This document shows, one piece after another, positions 1 through 7,246 of a stretch of 64,000 nt of DNA. Location of the stretch: positions 67,175 through 131,174 of the forward strand of contig JAGVWE010000006.1 in NCBI GenBank assembly GCA_018304425.1. Direction: 5' to 3'. Under the pieces are notes generated by a model. The model saw only the letters and a program-made list of their open reading frames with translations, was not told the origin of the DNA and did not search any database. Source of the stretch: Candidatus Iainarchaeum sp. (GTDB taxonomy: Archaea; Iainarchaeota; Iainarchaeia; Iainarchaeales; UBA10219). How positions within the stretch are numbered: the first letter of the stretch is position 1; every line of letters starts with the position of its first letter. A program made the position numbers and the translations under genes.

Positions 1-529
1 AATCAGGGAATCCAAGGCCGCCATTGAACGGCGGCTGGGAAAGAAGTGTGGGGTGCTGGCCTATCCCTTTGGCTGGGAGCGTTCTTGGAGCCCGGCCATT
101 GTTGGAATGCTGGGGGACGCGGGCTTCCAGGCGGCTTTCCTGGCGGTTGACGGTCTGAACGACGAAAACTCGGGCCGGTTCACGCTCAAGCGATGCAATG
201 CCGTGCCCAACAGCCTGCCGGAGTTCGCCTGCGAGGTCGAGGGCCTGCGCGCGGAAATGAATAAAATCGTGAAGGCCCTGTTATTCTTCAGGGTAACCCT
301 GTACAACCGAAAAGAAGCCGAAACCCGGGACCTGAATGAACGGCAAAAAAGAGCGCTGGCCTACCTCGAAAAGAACCCCGCCATAACCTCCAAAAAATAC
401 GCCAAAATAGCCAATATTCCTTCGCCTCCCGTGGCCATAGCCGACTTAAACAAGCTCGTACACCTGGGTGTAATCAAGAGAATAGGAAAAACCAGGGGCG
501 CTTACTACATCCTCAACCAACAACCTTAA
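1..529 (+). CDS. 5'-truncated ORF: polysaccharide-deacetylase-like C-terminal region continuous with a C-terminal winged-helix DNA-binding module (may be two genes if an internal start is used)
   Basis: Frame open to window edge; C-terminal LNERQKRALAYLEKNPAITSKKYAKIANIPSPPVAIADLNKLVHLGVIKRIGKTRGAYYIL resembles the widespread C-terminal wHTH module; stop at 527-529. Confidence 0.4.
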   Translation, partial: IRESKAAIERRLGKKCGVLAYPFGWERSWSPAIVGMLGDAGFQAAFLAVDGLNDENSGRFTLKRCNAVPNSLPEFACEVEGLRAEMNKIVKALLFFRVTLYNRKEAETRDLNERQKRALAYLEKNPAITSKKYAKIANIPSPPVAIADLNKLVHLGVIKRIGKTRGAYYILNQQP

Positions 530-676
530 AGATACTTAAAAATAGTTAATGATTAGCTTAATAATTGAAAATAAATCACGCGGCAGGAACCCACTCAAAG
601 ACTAACCAAAAAGCTATTTGGAGGACCGGACTTGACTCATGCAAGACCATTAAATCTGGTGGAAGGTGAAGCGCTG

Positions 677-705
677 ATGAGGCTGGTGGCAGTCATTCCC
701 GCGCA
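677..705. repeat. 29-bp direct repeat (copy 1) duplicating the 5' end of the GT2 gene at 2822; left boundary of the AbiE cassette
   Basis: atgaggctggtggcagtcattcccgcgca at 677-705 matches atgaagctggtggcagtcattcccgcgca at 2822-2850 (28/29 identical). Confidence 0.7.
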
Positions 706-781
706 AGGGCCCTCCAGGCAGTATGCCGTGCCCATATACTTAAATACCTTTTGTGTAACGATAGTAATCTGTTGAATTACC

Positions 782-1597
782 ATGTGTGCACAGAAGATAT
801 TTTTTGGTCCTTTGGAGTCGAGGCTCTTGTTTGCCCTAGAAGAACAGGGCCTAAGTGTATTCTCCTTCCGAGATGCCATGCGGCTACTGCGGGCATCCAA
901 CGATGCCACCAAAAACGTGCTGTACCGGCTCAAAAGAAAGAAACGAATCCAGGAAATACTCAAAGGAAAATACTTGTTCGTCCCCGCACGAGCCGGAATC
1001 GAAGGCCAATGGACTGAAGACGTTTACCTCGTGCTCTCAAAAATAATGAAACCTGACTACTATGTTGGCTTTTGGACGGCCTTAAACTATTGGGGCATGA
1101 CCGAACAAATCCCCAATACCGTTTTCGTGGCCATCACTTCGAGGGCGAGAGACTTTGAATTTGGCAGCCAAAAAATAAAGTTCATTACGCTGGCAAAAAA
1201 CAGGTTCACTGGTCTTATTTCACAGCAAACAAAGTGGGGCGAGTTCAACATTTCAAGCAAAGAGAAAACCATCATCGACTGCCTCCTGTTCCCCCAATAC
1301 TGCGGCGGCCTAACGGAAGCAGCTAAAGCCCTGTGGAACGCAAGAAAAGAATTAAACTGGAATCTCCTGCTAGGCCTCATTGAAAAAATAGGCGTTGGCA
1401 CACCCAGGCGAAGGCTGGGCTTCCTACTAGAACAACTAAACCTGCAGGAAGACGTCCAACGGCGCCTGCAGGAACCCCTCAAGGGTTTCGCGTGGGCCGA
1501 CCCCTCCAGGCAAAAAAAGGTTTTAGCCTATGACAAGAAATGGGGCCTAAAAGTAAACGTCGACAAACAAGCATTAACCCACTGGATGGAAACCTGA
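782..1597 (+). CDS. AbiEi-like antitoxin / transcriptional regulator (type IV TA, abortive-infection AbiE family)
   Basis: 271-aa protein immediately upstream of and abutting an AbiEii-family nucleotidyltransferase; N-terminal HTH-like region; low-GC segment. Confidence 0.55.
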   Translation: MCAQKIFFGPLESRLLFALEEQGLSVFSFRDAMRLLRASNDATKNVLYRLKRKKRIQEILKGKYLFVPARAGIEGQWTEDVYLVLSKIMKPDYYVGFWTALNYWGMTEQIPNTVFVAITSRARDFEFGSQKIKFITLAKNRFTGLISQQTKWGEFNISSKEKTIIDCLLFPQYCGGLTEAAKALWNARKELNWNLLLGLIEKIGVGTPRRRLGFLLEQLNLQEDVQRRLQEPLKGFAWADPSRQKKVLAYDKKWGLKVNVDKQALTHWMET

Positions 1598-2779
1598 ATG
1601 AACGCAGACCAATTAAAACGCCTCGCCGGAAAAGAGGGCATTCCGTTTGGAACAATCGAAAAAGACTATGCACTGACCATAATCCTCTCTCGGCTCGGCC
1701 AACAAGGCTTTGCAAGGGACCTCTTCTTCAAGGGAGGCACGGCAATCAAGAAAATCTACTTCCACGACACAAGGTTCTCGGAAGACCTTGACTTTACCTG
1801 CCAGTCCACGGAGGCACCCAAAAAACTCCTCCAATGGCTGGAAAAAGAAATAACAGGCAAACAAATCGAATGCATCAAATTCGGCGAAATAAAAGAAAAC
1901 GAGGAAACCACGAAAAGCGCGAAAATACGGTTGGCCTACTCGGAAACCTCGGGCCACCAGACCAGCATTAAATTCGACTTAAGCCTCAGAGAACAAGTTC
2001 TTTTACCCTCTCAGACGACCGAGTTACTCGAAGAATACGACCAACCCGCCTCAAAAATTCTGCCAATGGATTTAACTGAAATCATGGCCGAAAAAATACG
2101 TGCCCTCCTCACCCGAAAGCTGCCAAGAGACTTATACGACGTCTGGTTCCTCGCAAAAAGGCACGTCTCCATCGATGCAACGATAGTAGAACAAAAGCTA
2201 TCGTATTATGGGCGAAAACTCGACGCCCAACAAATAAACCAGGTAATCCAGGAAACCCGCGCAAACTGGAAAACCGACCTTGAACGGCTTCTCCCGAAAA
2301 CACCGGAATACTCGGAGGTGGTGCGTGAAACAATCCAGGTATTCACTAAAAACAGGTGGTTTGACATGATAGCCCCAATCGAAATAAAGGAAATCGACGC
2401 AGGGCACGTTGAGAAAGTCAACGACTTTGCCTCCGCGCAAGCGTTCTACGTGACGCTCACGGGCGAACCACACCCGGAGTGGACAGCAATACTTAAGAAC
2501 TTACACGACAACTGGATTTATTTGTTGAGGCGCCGAATCGCCGTCCAGGGCAACAAAATAATGATGGTGTTCGGAGATGAAAACGAAATAGCGCCCCACA
2601 TCGATCACCTCAAAAAACTCATTAAAGAAACCAATGACCGGGCAAGCAGGGTGAATCAAACCAGGGTTGAACAACAAAAGCGCACCCAAAAAATCGAACT
2701 CGACCGGCTCCTCGAAGCCGAAAAAGCAAAGAAAAAACTGAGAAAAATCAATGCAGGCCTACAAACGGGTACGCCATAA
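1598..2779 (+). CDS. AbiEii/AbiGii-family nucleotidyltransferase toxin with ~130-aa C-terminal extension
   Basis: FFKGGTAIKKIYFHDTRFSEDLDF nucleotidyltransferase motif typical of AbiEii (DUF1814); start codon abuts stop of upstream gene; C-terminal coiled-coil/basic tail not typical of the family. Confidence 0.75.
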   Translation: MNADQLKRLAGKEGIPFGTIEKDYALTIILSRLGQQGFARDLFFKGGTAIKKIYFHDTRFSEDLDFTCQSTEAPKKLLQWLEKEITGKQIECIKFGEIKENEETTKSAKIRLAYSETSGHQTSIKFDLSLREQVLLPSQTTELLEEYDQPASKILPMDLTEIMAEKIRALLTRKLPRDLYDVWFLAKRHVSIDATIVEQKLSYYGRKLDAQQINQVIQETRANWKTDLERLLPKTPEYSEVVRETIQVFTKNRWFDMIAPIEIKEIDAGHVEKVNDFASAQAFYVTLTGEPHPEWTAILKNLHDNWIYLLRRRIAVQGNKIMMVFGDENEIAPHIDHLKKLIKETNDRASRVNQTRVEQQKRTQKIELDRLLEAEKAKKKLRKINAGLQTGTP

Positions 2780-2821
2780 GGGTGATGACTTGACTAGCGC
2801 AACGGCACAGGGTTGGAAGAA

Positions 2822-2850
2822 ATGAAGCTGGTGGCAGTCATTCCCGCGCA
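2822..2850. repeat. 29-bp direct repeat (copy 2), the genuine GT2 gene start
   Basis: see repeat at 677-705. Confidence 0.7.
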
Positions 2851-3481
2851 CAACGAGGCGCAAACCATTGCCGGGGTGGTGAAAGCGGCCCAGAAGTTCG
2901 TGGACCTGGTCCTGGTGGTGGACGATGGCTCCACGGACGCGACGAAGGCCGAAGCCGAGCGGGCCGGGGCGCGCGTCTACCGGAGCCTGGTGAACATGGG
3001 AAAGGGGTTTGCCTTGCGGTTGGGCGTGGAACAAGCCGTGCAAGCCGGCGCGGAAATCGTGGCCTGCCTGGACGCCGACGGCCAGCACAACCCGGTGGAC
3101 ATCCCGGGCATGGTGAAGATGCTGGAAAACGAAAAGCTGGACCTGGTGGTGGGAAGCCGGCCCTTGGACGAGGCCATGCCTCCCATCATGCGGCTGGGCA
3201 ACCTCGGCATCTACTGGCTGACCCTGGCCTTGTACGGCATCAGGGTGAGGGACACCCAGTCCGGGTTCCGGGTGTTCAAGGCCAGCCGTTTTCCTTCCCT
3301 CAAATGGGAGGCCAACGGCTACGAGGTCGAGTCCGAGATGCTTTGCCGGATGGCCCGGAATGGCTTAAAGTGCAAAGAATATCCTATTAAAACCCTTTAC
3401 AGGGACAAGTACAAGGGAACGAACGTAGCCGATGGCTTGCGGATTGGCTTGAATTTGGTGTGGTGGAAGCTGTTCGGATGA
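2822..3481 (+). CDS. family 2 glycosyltransferase (polyprenol-phosphate hexosyltransferase-like, DPM1-like)
   Basis: MKLVAVIPAHNEAQTI...VVDDGSTDAT...LDADGQH motifs (DxD, GT-A fold); likely ATG at 2822 (ORF opens at TTG 2813). Confidence 0.8.
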   Translation: MKLVAVIPAHNEAQTIAGVVKAAQKFVDLVLVVDDGSTDATKAEAERAGARVYRSLVNMGKGFALRLGVEQAVQAGAEIVACLDADGQHNPVDIPGMVKMLENEKLDLVVGSRPLDEAMPPIMRLGNLGIYWLTLALYGIRVRDTQSGFRVFKASRFPSLKWEANGYEVESEMLCRMARNGLKCKEYPIKTLYRDKYKGTNVADGLRIGLNLVWWKLFG

Positions 3482-3491
3482 GGGTTAAAGG

Positions 3492-3842
3492 GTGAAGGGA
3501 AAGCGGGAGAGACCTATGAGTATCATCCTGGTGGGCCTGGTTTTTTCGGCGGTCATGCTGTACTTCACGCACTTGTATTACCGCCGGGGCCAGTTCAGCC
3601 GCAGGGATTTCGCTTTTTGGGCGCTTATCTGGGTGGGCTTCGGCGTGCTGCTCCTGACCTATCAGGGCATCCAGCAGCTGAGCCACCTGTTTGGCGTCAT
3701 CCGGTTCCTGGACTTCGTGACCATCCTGGCCGTCATGGCCTTGTTCGCCTTGATGTTCTACGTCTTTGAACGCATGCGGTTGCTGCAGAAAAAAATCGAG
3801 AAAATCGTCGAAGCGGTAGCGTTGAGGGAGGCGAAGAAGTGA
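3492..3842 (+). CDS. small 3-TM membrane protein, DUF2304-like partner of GT2
   Basis: 116 aa, hydrophobic helices, directly follows GT2; the arrangement GT2+DUF2304 is common. Confidence 0.45.
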   Translation: MKGKRERPMSIILVGLVFSAVMLYFTHLYYRRGQFSRRDFAFWALIWVGFGVLLLTYQGIQQLSHLFGVIRFLDFVTILAVMALFALMFYVFERMRLLQKKIEKIVEAVALREAKK

Positions 3843-4861
3843 AAGCGGTCGTGGTGGGGGGCGCGGGATTCATCGGCTGCAACCTGGCGGACTCCCTGAT
3901 GGGAGAAGGCAACCAGGTAACGGTGTTCGACAACCTCTCGCGACGGGGCAGCGCCGAGAACCTGGCGTGGCTCCGGTCCAGGCACAAAGGCCTCGAATTC
4001 GTGAAAGGAGACATCCGCCTGGACCACGCGAAAATGGAGCAAGCATTCTCCGACGCCGATACGGTTTACCATCTCGCCGCGCAGGTGGCGGTAACCACTT
4101 CCGTGGCCAAGCCCCGCGAGGACTTCGAAATCAACGCGCTCGGCACCTTCAACGTGCTCGAGGCCGCGCGGAACTGCGGCGGAAACCCCTCCCTGATTTA
4201 TGCCTCGACCAACAAGGTCTACGGCGGCATGGAGGACGTGAAGATAGTGAAGAAGGGCCGCAAGTACGCGTACAAGGACTTCCCCCAGGGCATCCCCGAA
4301 AACCGGTTGCTGGACTTCCACAGCCCCTACGGCTGCTCCAAGGGCTGCGGCGACCAGTACGTCCGCGACTACGCACGCATTTACGGGATGAAGAACGTGG
4401 TGTTCAGGCAAAGTTGTCAGTACGGCCCCCGCCAGTTCGGCGTCGAGGACCAGGGGTGGGTGGCGTGGTTCGCGATTGCCGCGGTGCTCGGCAAGAAGAT
4501 AACCATTTACGGGGATGGCATGCAGGTGCGGGACGTGCTCTACATCGATGACCTGGTGCGCGCCTTCAGGGTTGCGACACAGAAAATCAACGCGGCCAAG
4601 GGCAAAATCTACAACATCGGCGGCGGCCCCGAGAACACGATGTCCCTGCTGGAACTCATTGACTTCCTGGAAAAGCACCTGGACCGGAGAATCAATTACG
4701 CGCACAGCGACTGGAGGCCGGGCGACCAGCCGGTGTACGTTTCCGACATCCGCAAGGCCGGAAAGGAACTCGGCTGGGAGCCGAGGATTTCCGTGGAAAA
4801 CGGGGTCGCGCGCCTCATCGAGTGGGTGAAGGAAAACAGGCACTTGTTCAAGGGGTTTTAA
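3839..4861 (+). CDS. NAD-dependent epimerase/dehydratase (extended SDR; CDP/UDP-sugar epimerase-like)
   Basis: VVGGAGFIGCNL Rossmann motif, YxxxK catalytic region (SPYGCSKGCGDQY). Confidence 0.8.
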   Translation: MKAVVVGGAGFIGCNLADSLMGEGNQVTVFDNLSRRGSAENLAWLRSRHKGLEFVKGDIRLDHAKMEQAFSDADTVYHLAAQVAVTTSVAKPREDFEINALGTFNVLEAARNCGGNPSLIYASTNKVYGGMEDVKIVKKGRKYAYKDFPQGIPENRLLDFHSPYGCSKGCGDQYVRDYARIYGMKNVVFRQSCQYGPRQFGVEDQGWVAWFAIAAVLGKKITIYGDGMQVRDVLYIDDLVRAFRVATQKINAAKGKIYNIGGGPENTMSLLELIDFLEKHLDRRINYAHSDWRPGDQPVYVSDIRKAGKELGWEPRISVENGVARLIEWVKENRHLFKGF

Positions 4862-4889
4862 GGCAAAACAACCAAAAAGTATTTTAATA

Positions 4890-5117
4890 GTGAAACACTA
4901 TGATTATGTGGTGATGCATTTGTCTGCCATAACCATCCAATTCAAGGGCGCGCCCGATGAAGTGCTTAAAGCCCTGGTCAAAAAGGGTTTCGCAAAAACA
5001 AAGGCCGAAGCGGTACGATTCGCATTACTCCACTTGGGCGAGGAATACGGACTCATTACGCGGCGGCTGCATGCTAAAGCGGAAGCCTATGCCTATGCTG
5101 AAATAAAGGGAACATGA
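4890..5117 (+). CDS. putative VapB-like antitoxin
   Basis: 75-aa ORF whose stop overlaps (ATGA) the start of a PIN-domain gene. Confidence 0.4.
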   Translation: MKHYDYVVMHLSAITIQFKGAPDEVLKALVKKGFAKTKAEAVRFALLHLGEEYGLITRRLHAKAEAYAYAEIKGT

Positions 5118-5497
5118 TGTACGTCGACGCAGACCTATTTTATGCACTATTAAGGGCCGGTGACCGGCACGCTGAACTTGCACAGACTGTGTTGGCCAGC
5201 AAGGAACAGCAGTACACTTCGGTCATTTGCCTTCTGGAACTGGAAATCGTGGTAAAACGTGAGTTGAGTGATGAAATGAGTAAGACCTTGCTAAGCGCTT
5301 TCAAAGCCCGCTTCCCAAAAGTGAAGATAAAACCGCTCGATGAACGGGCATTTAGGAAAAGCCTTGAGCTAAGGCAAAAATATGGCCTTGGAATATTTGA
5401 TGCTGTGCACGCCGCGGTGGCACTCCTAAATGACGGGCGGATTGCTTCAACCGACAAAGCATTCGAAAAAATCCCCGGCCTTCAGGTCGTGGTCTGA
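5114..5497 (+). CDS. vapC: PIN-domain ribonuclease toxin (VapC family)
   Basis: MMYVDADLFYALL... N-terminal acidic Asp, ...GIFDAVHAAVALL, ~127 aa typical PIN size. Confidence 0.65.
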   Translation: MMYVDADLFYALLRAGDRHAELAQTVLASKEQQYTSVICLLELEIVVKRELSDEMSKTLLSAFKARFPKVKIKPLDERAFRKSLELRQKYGLGIFDAVHAAVALLNDGRIASTDKAFEKIPGLQVVV

Positions 5498-6622
5498 ATG
5501 GCGACGAAAAAAGTCTTGGTCACGGGGGGAGCCGGCTTCATCGGCTCGCACCTGGTGGACGCGCTGGTGAGGGAGGGGCACGAGGTAACGATTCTGGATT
5601 GCCTGGACCCGCAGGTGCACGAGGGCGGGAAGAAGCCGGCGTACTTGAACAAGCAGGCGGAGTTCGTCAAAGGAGACGTGCGAGAGGAGAAGACGCTGAA
5701 AAAGGTCTTGAGGGACGCGGAAGTCGTGTTCCACGAAGCCGCGGCAGTGGGGGTGGGGCAGTCCATGTACCAAATAAGGCATTACATGGACGTGAACACC
5801 CTGGGCACGGCCAGGCTGCTGGATGGGCTGGTGAACGGCGAACACGACGTGAAGAAGTTGATGGTCGCGGCCTCCATGAGCTCCTATGGCGAGGGCTTGT
5901 ATGAGTGCCCGGGCGGCTGCGGCCTGGTGGAACCCCCGTTAAGGGGCGAGGAACAGCTGAAGAAAGGCGTTTGGGCAGTGCTGTGCCCGGCCTGCGGCAA
6001 AGAGCTTACGCCCTTGCCTACTCCGGAATCCAAGCACCAGGCCTCGAACAGCATTTACGCGTTGTCCAAGGAAGACCAGGAACGCATGGTGCTGATGATT
6101 GGCAAGACGTATGGCTTGAAGTCAGTGGCCCTCCGTTACTTCAACGTGTTCGGGCCCAGGCAATCGCTCTCGAATCCGTACACGGGGGTGGCCGCCATCT
6201 TCATGAGCCGCGTGAAGAACAACCATGCCCCCGTGGTGTACGAGGACGGCCTGCAGACGCGGGACTTCGTTTCCGTGCACGACATCGTGTCCGCGAACCT
6301 CGCGGCCATGAAGTCCGGCAACGCGGACTACGAAGCGTTCAACGTGGGGGGAAACAACCCCTTGACGATCCTGCAGGTCGCGGAAAAAATCATCGACTTG
6401 CAGGGCGCCAGGCTCAAGCCGGAAGTGACCCGCAGGTTCCGCAAGGGAGACGTACGGCATTGCTTTGCCGACATCTCGAAAATCCAGGACAAGCTGGACT
6501 GGCGGCCGAGAGTGAACTTCGAGGAAGGCATGTGGGAAATCATGGAATGGAGCCAAGGCGTCAAGGCAGTGGACCGCTTCGAGAAGGCCGCCAAGGAATT
6601 GAAGGAAAAAGGGCTGGTGTAA
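5498..6622 (+). CDS. NAD-dependent nucleotide-sugar epimerase/dehydratase with an inserted Cys4 zinc-ribbon
   Basis: VLVTGGAGFIGSHLV, YALSKEDQER (YxxxK); insert ECPGGCG...LCPACGKEL between core segments. Confidence 0.8.
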   Translation: MATKKVLVTGGAGFIGSHLVDALVREGHEVTILDCLDPQVHEGGKKPAYLNKQAEFVKGDVREEKTLKKVLRDAEVVFHEAAAVGVGQSMYQIRHYMDVNTLGTARLLDGLVNGEHDVKKLMVAASMSSYGEGLYECPGGCGLVEPPLRGEEQLKKGVWAVLCPACGKELTPLPTPESKHQASNSIYALSKEDQERMVLMIGKTYGLKSVALRYFNVFGPRQSLSNPYTGVAAIFMSRVKNNHAPVVYEDGLQTRDFVSVHDIVSANLAAMKSGNADYEAFNVGGNNPLTILQVAEKIIDLQGARLKPEVTRRFRKGDVRHCFADISKIQDKLDWRPRVNFEEGMWEIMEWSQGVKAVDRFEKAAKELKEKGLV

Positions 6623-6674
6623 GGGCCCAACAGCGCAAGCTTATTAATATGGTTTGCTATAGTGTTCTATAGTT

Positions 6675-6908
6675 ATGACTTCCATTACCACCATCCAATT
6701 AGAGCAGGCCACCAAGAAGAAATTGGAGCGCTTTAAGGCCTCCAAGCGCGAGACTTTCGACGAGGTGGTCAACCGGCTCATCCGCGTGGTGTCCAAGACA
6801 GAAAAAGAACTGCTGGCAGACAAGATGAGTTCCTACTTGTTGAGCGAGAAATCCCTTGCCAAGGATTGGCTGTCTAAAGAGGAAGACGACGCATGGAAGG
6901 ACTTGTAA
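6675..6908 (+). CDS. putative antitoxin of a MazEF/PemIK-like pair
   Basis: 77-aa ORF overlapping the start of a PemK/MazF-family gene. Confidence 0.4.
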   Translation: MTSITTIQLEQATKKKLERFKASKRETFDEVVNRLIRVVSKTEKELLADKMSSYLLSEKSLAKDWLSKEEDDAWKDL

Positions 6909-7231
6909 AAGGCGACGTGGCCGTCGTACCGTTTCCTTTCTCCAACCTCGCCCAGGCCAAGCGGCGCCCAGCCCTGGTATTGGCCGTACTGAGTGGCGAC
7001 GACCTCATCCTCTGCCAAATCACAAGCAACGCCAAATACGACCAGTACGCGGTTCCGCTGCTTGCCAGCGATTTCCAACGCGGGGGGCTCGCGACCGCCA
7101 GTTTTATTCGGCCAAACAAACTGTTCACGGCTGACAAGGCATTAATCGTCTACAAGGTTGGCACGGCATCCAAGAAGAAACTGCAGGAAGCGGTTGACCA
7201 GGCCGTCAAGACCCTTAAAGGCGAGACCTAA
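6893..7231 (+). CDS. PemK/MazF-family endoribonuclease toxin
   Basis: GDVAVVPFPFSNLAQAKRRPALVL... SH3-like barrel motif typical of MazF/PemK; 112 aa. Confidence 0.7.
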   Translation: MEGLVKGDVAVVPFPFSNLAQAKRRPALVLAVLSGDDLILCQITSNAKYDQYAVPLLASDFQRGGLATASFIRPNKLFTADKALIVYKVGTASKKKLQEAVDQAVKTLKGET

Positions 7232-7246
7232 CCAGGGGAAAAACCA

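Noticed and set aside
53-529. Treating the deacetylase-like region and the C-terminal wHTH as one fusion protein
   Set aside because: Not rejected outright but left unresolved. No stop separates them, yet the wHTH module commonly occurs as an independent C-terminal domain of unrelated proteins, and an internal Met (MNKIVK...) could start a separate product. The 5' end is outside the window.
3758-4843. Long antisense ORFs opposite annotated genes (e.g. 3758-4843 minus, 7616-8893 minus, 16228-17004 plus, 21490-23022 minus, 27324-28574 minus, 35022-36245 plus, 58669-60495 plus)
   Set aside because: High GC suppresses stop codons in non-coding frames. These ORFs translate to Arg/Gly/Pro/Ala-rich low-complexity sequence with no motifs, whereas the opposite-strand genes have clear family signatures. 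They are shadow ORFs.
5599-6672. ORFs 5599-5904 and 5905-6672 in alternative frames of the epimerase gene
   Set aside because: They are Arg/Gly-rich alternative-frame artefacts of a GC-rich gene whose main frame has clear SDR motifs.
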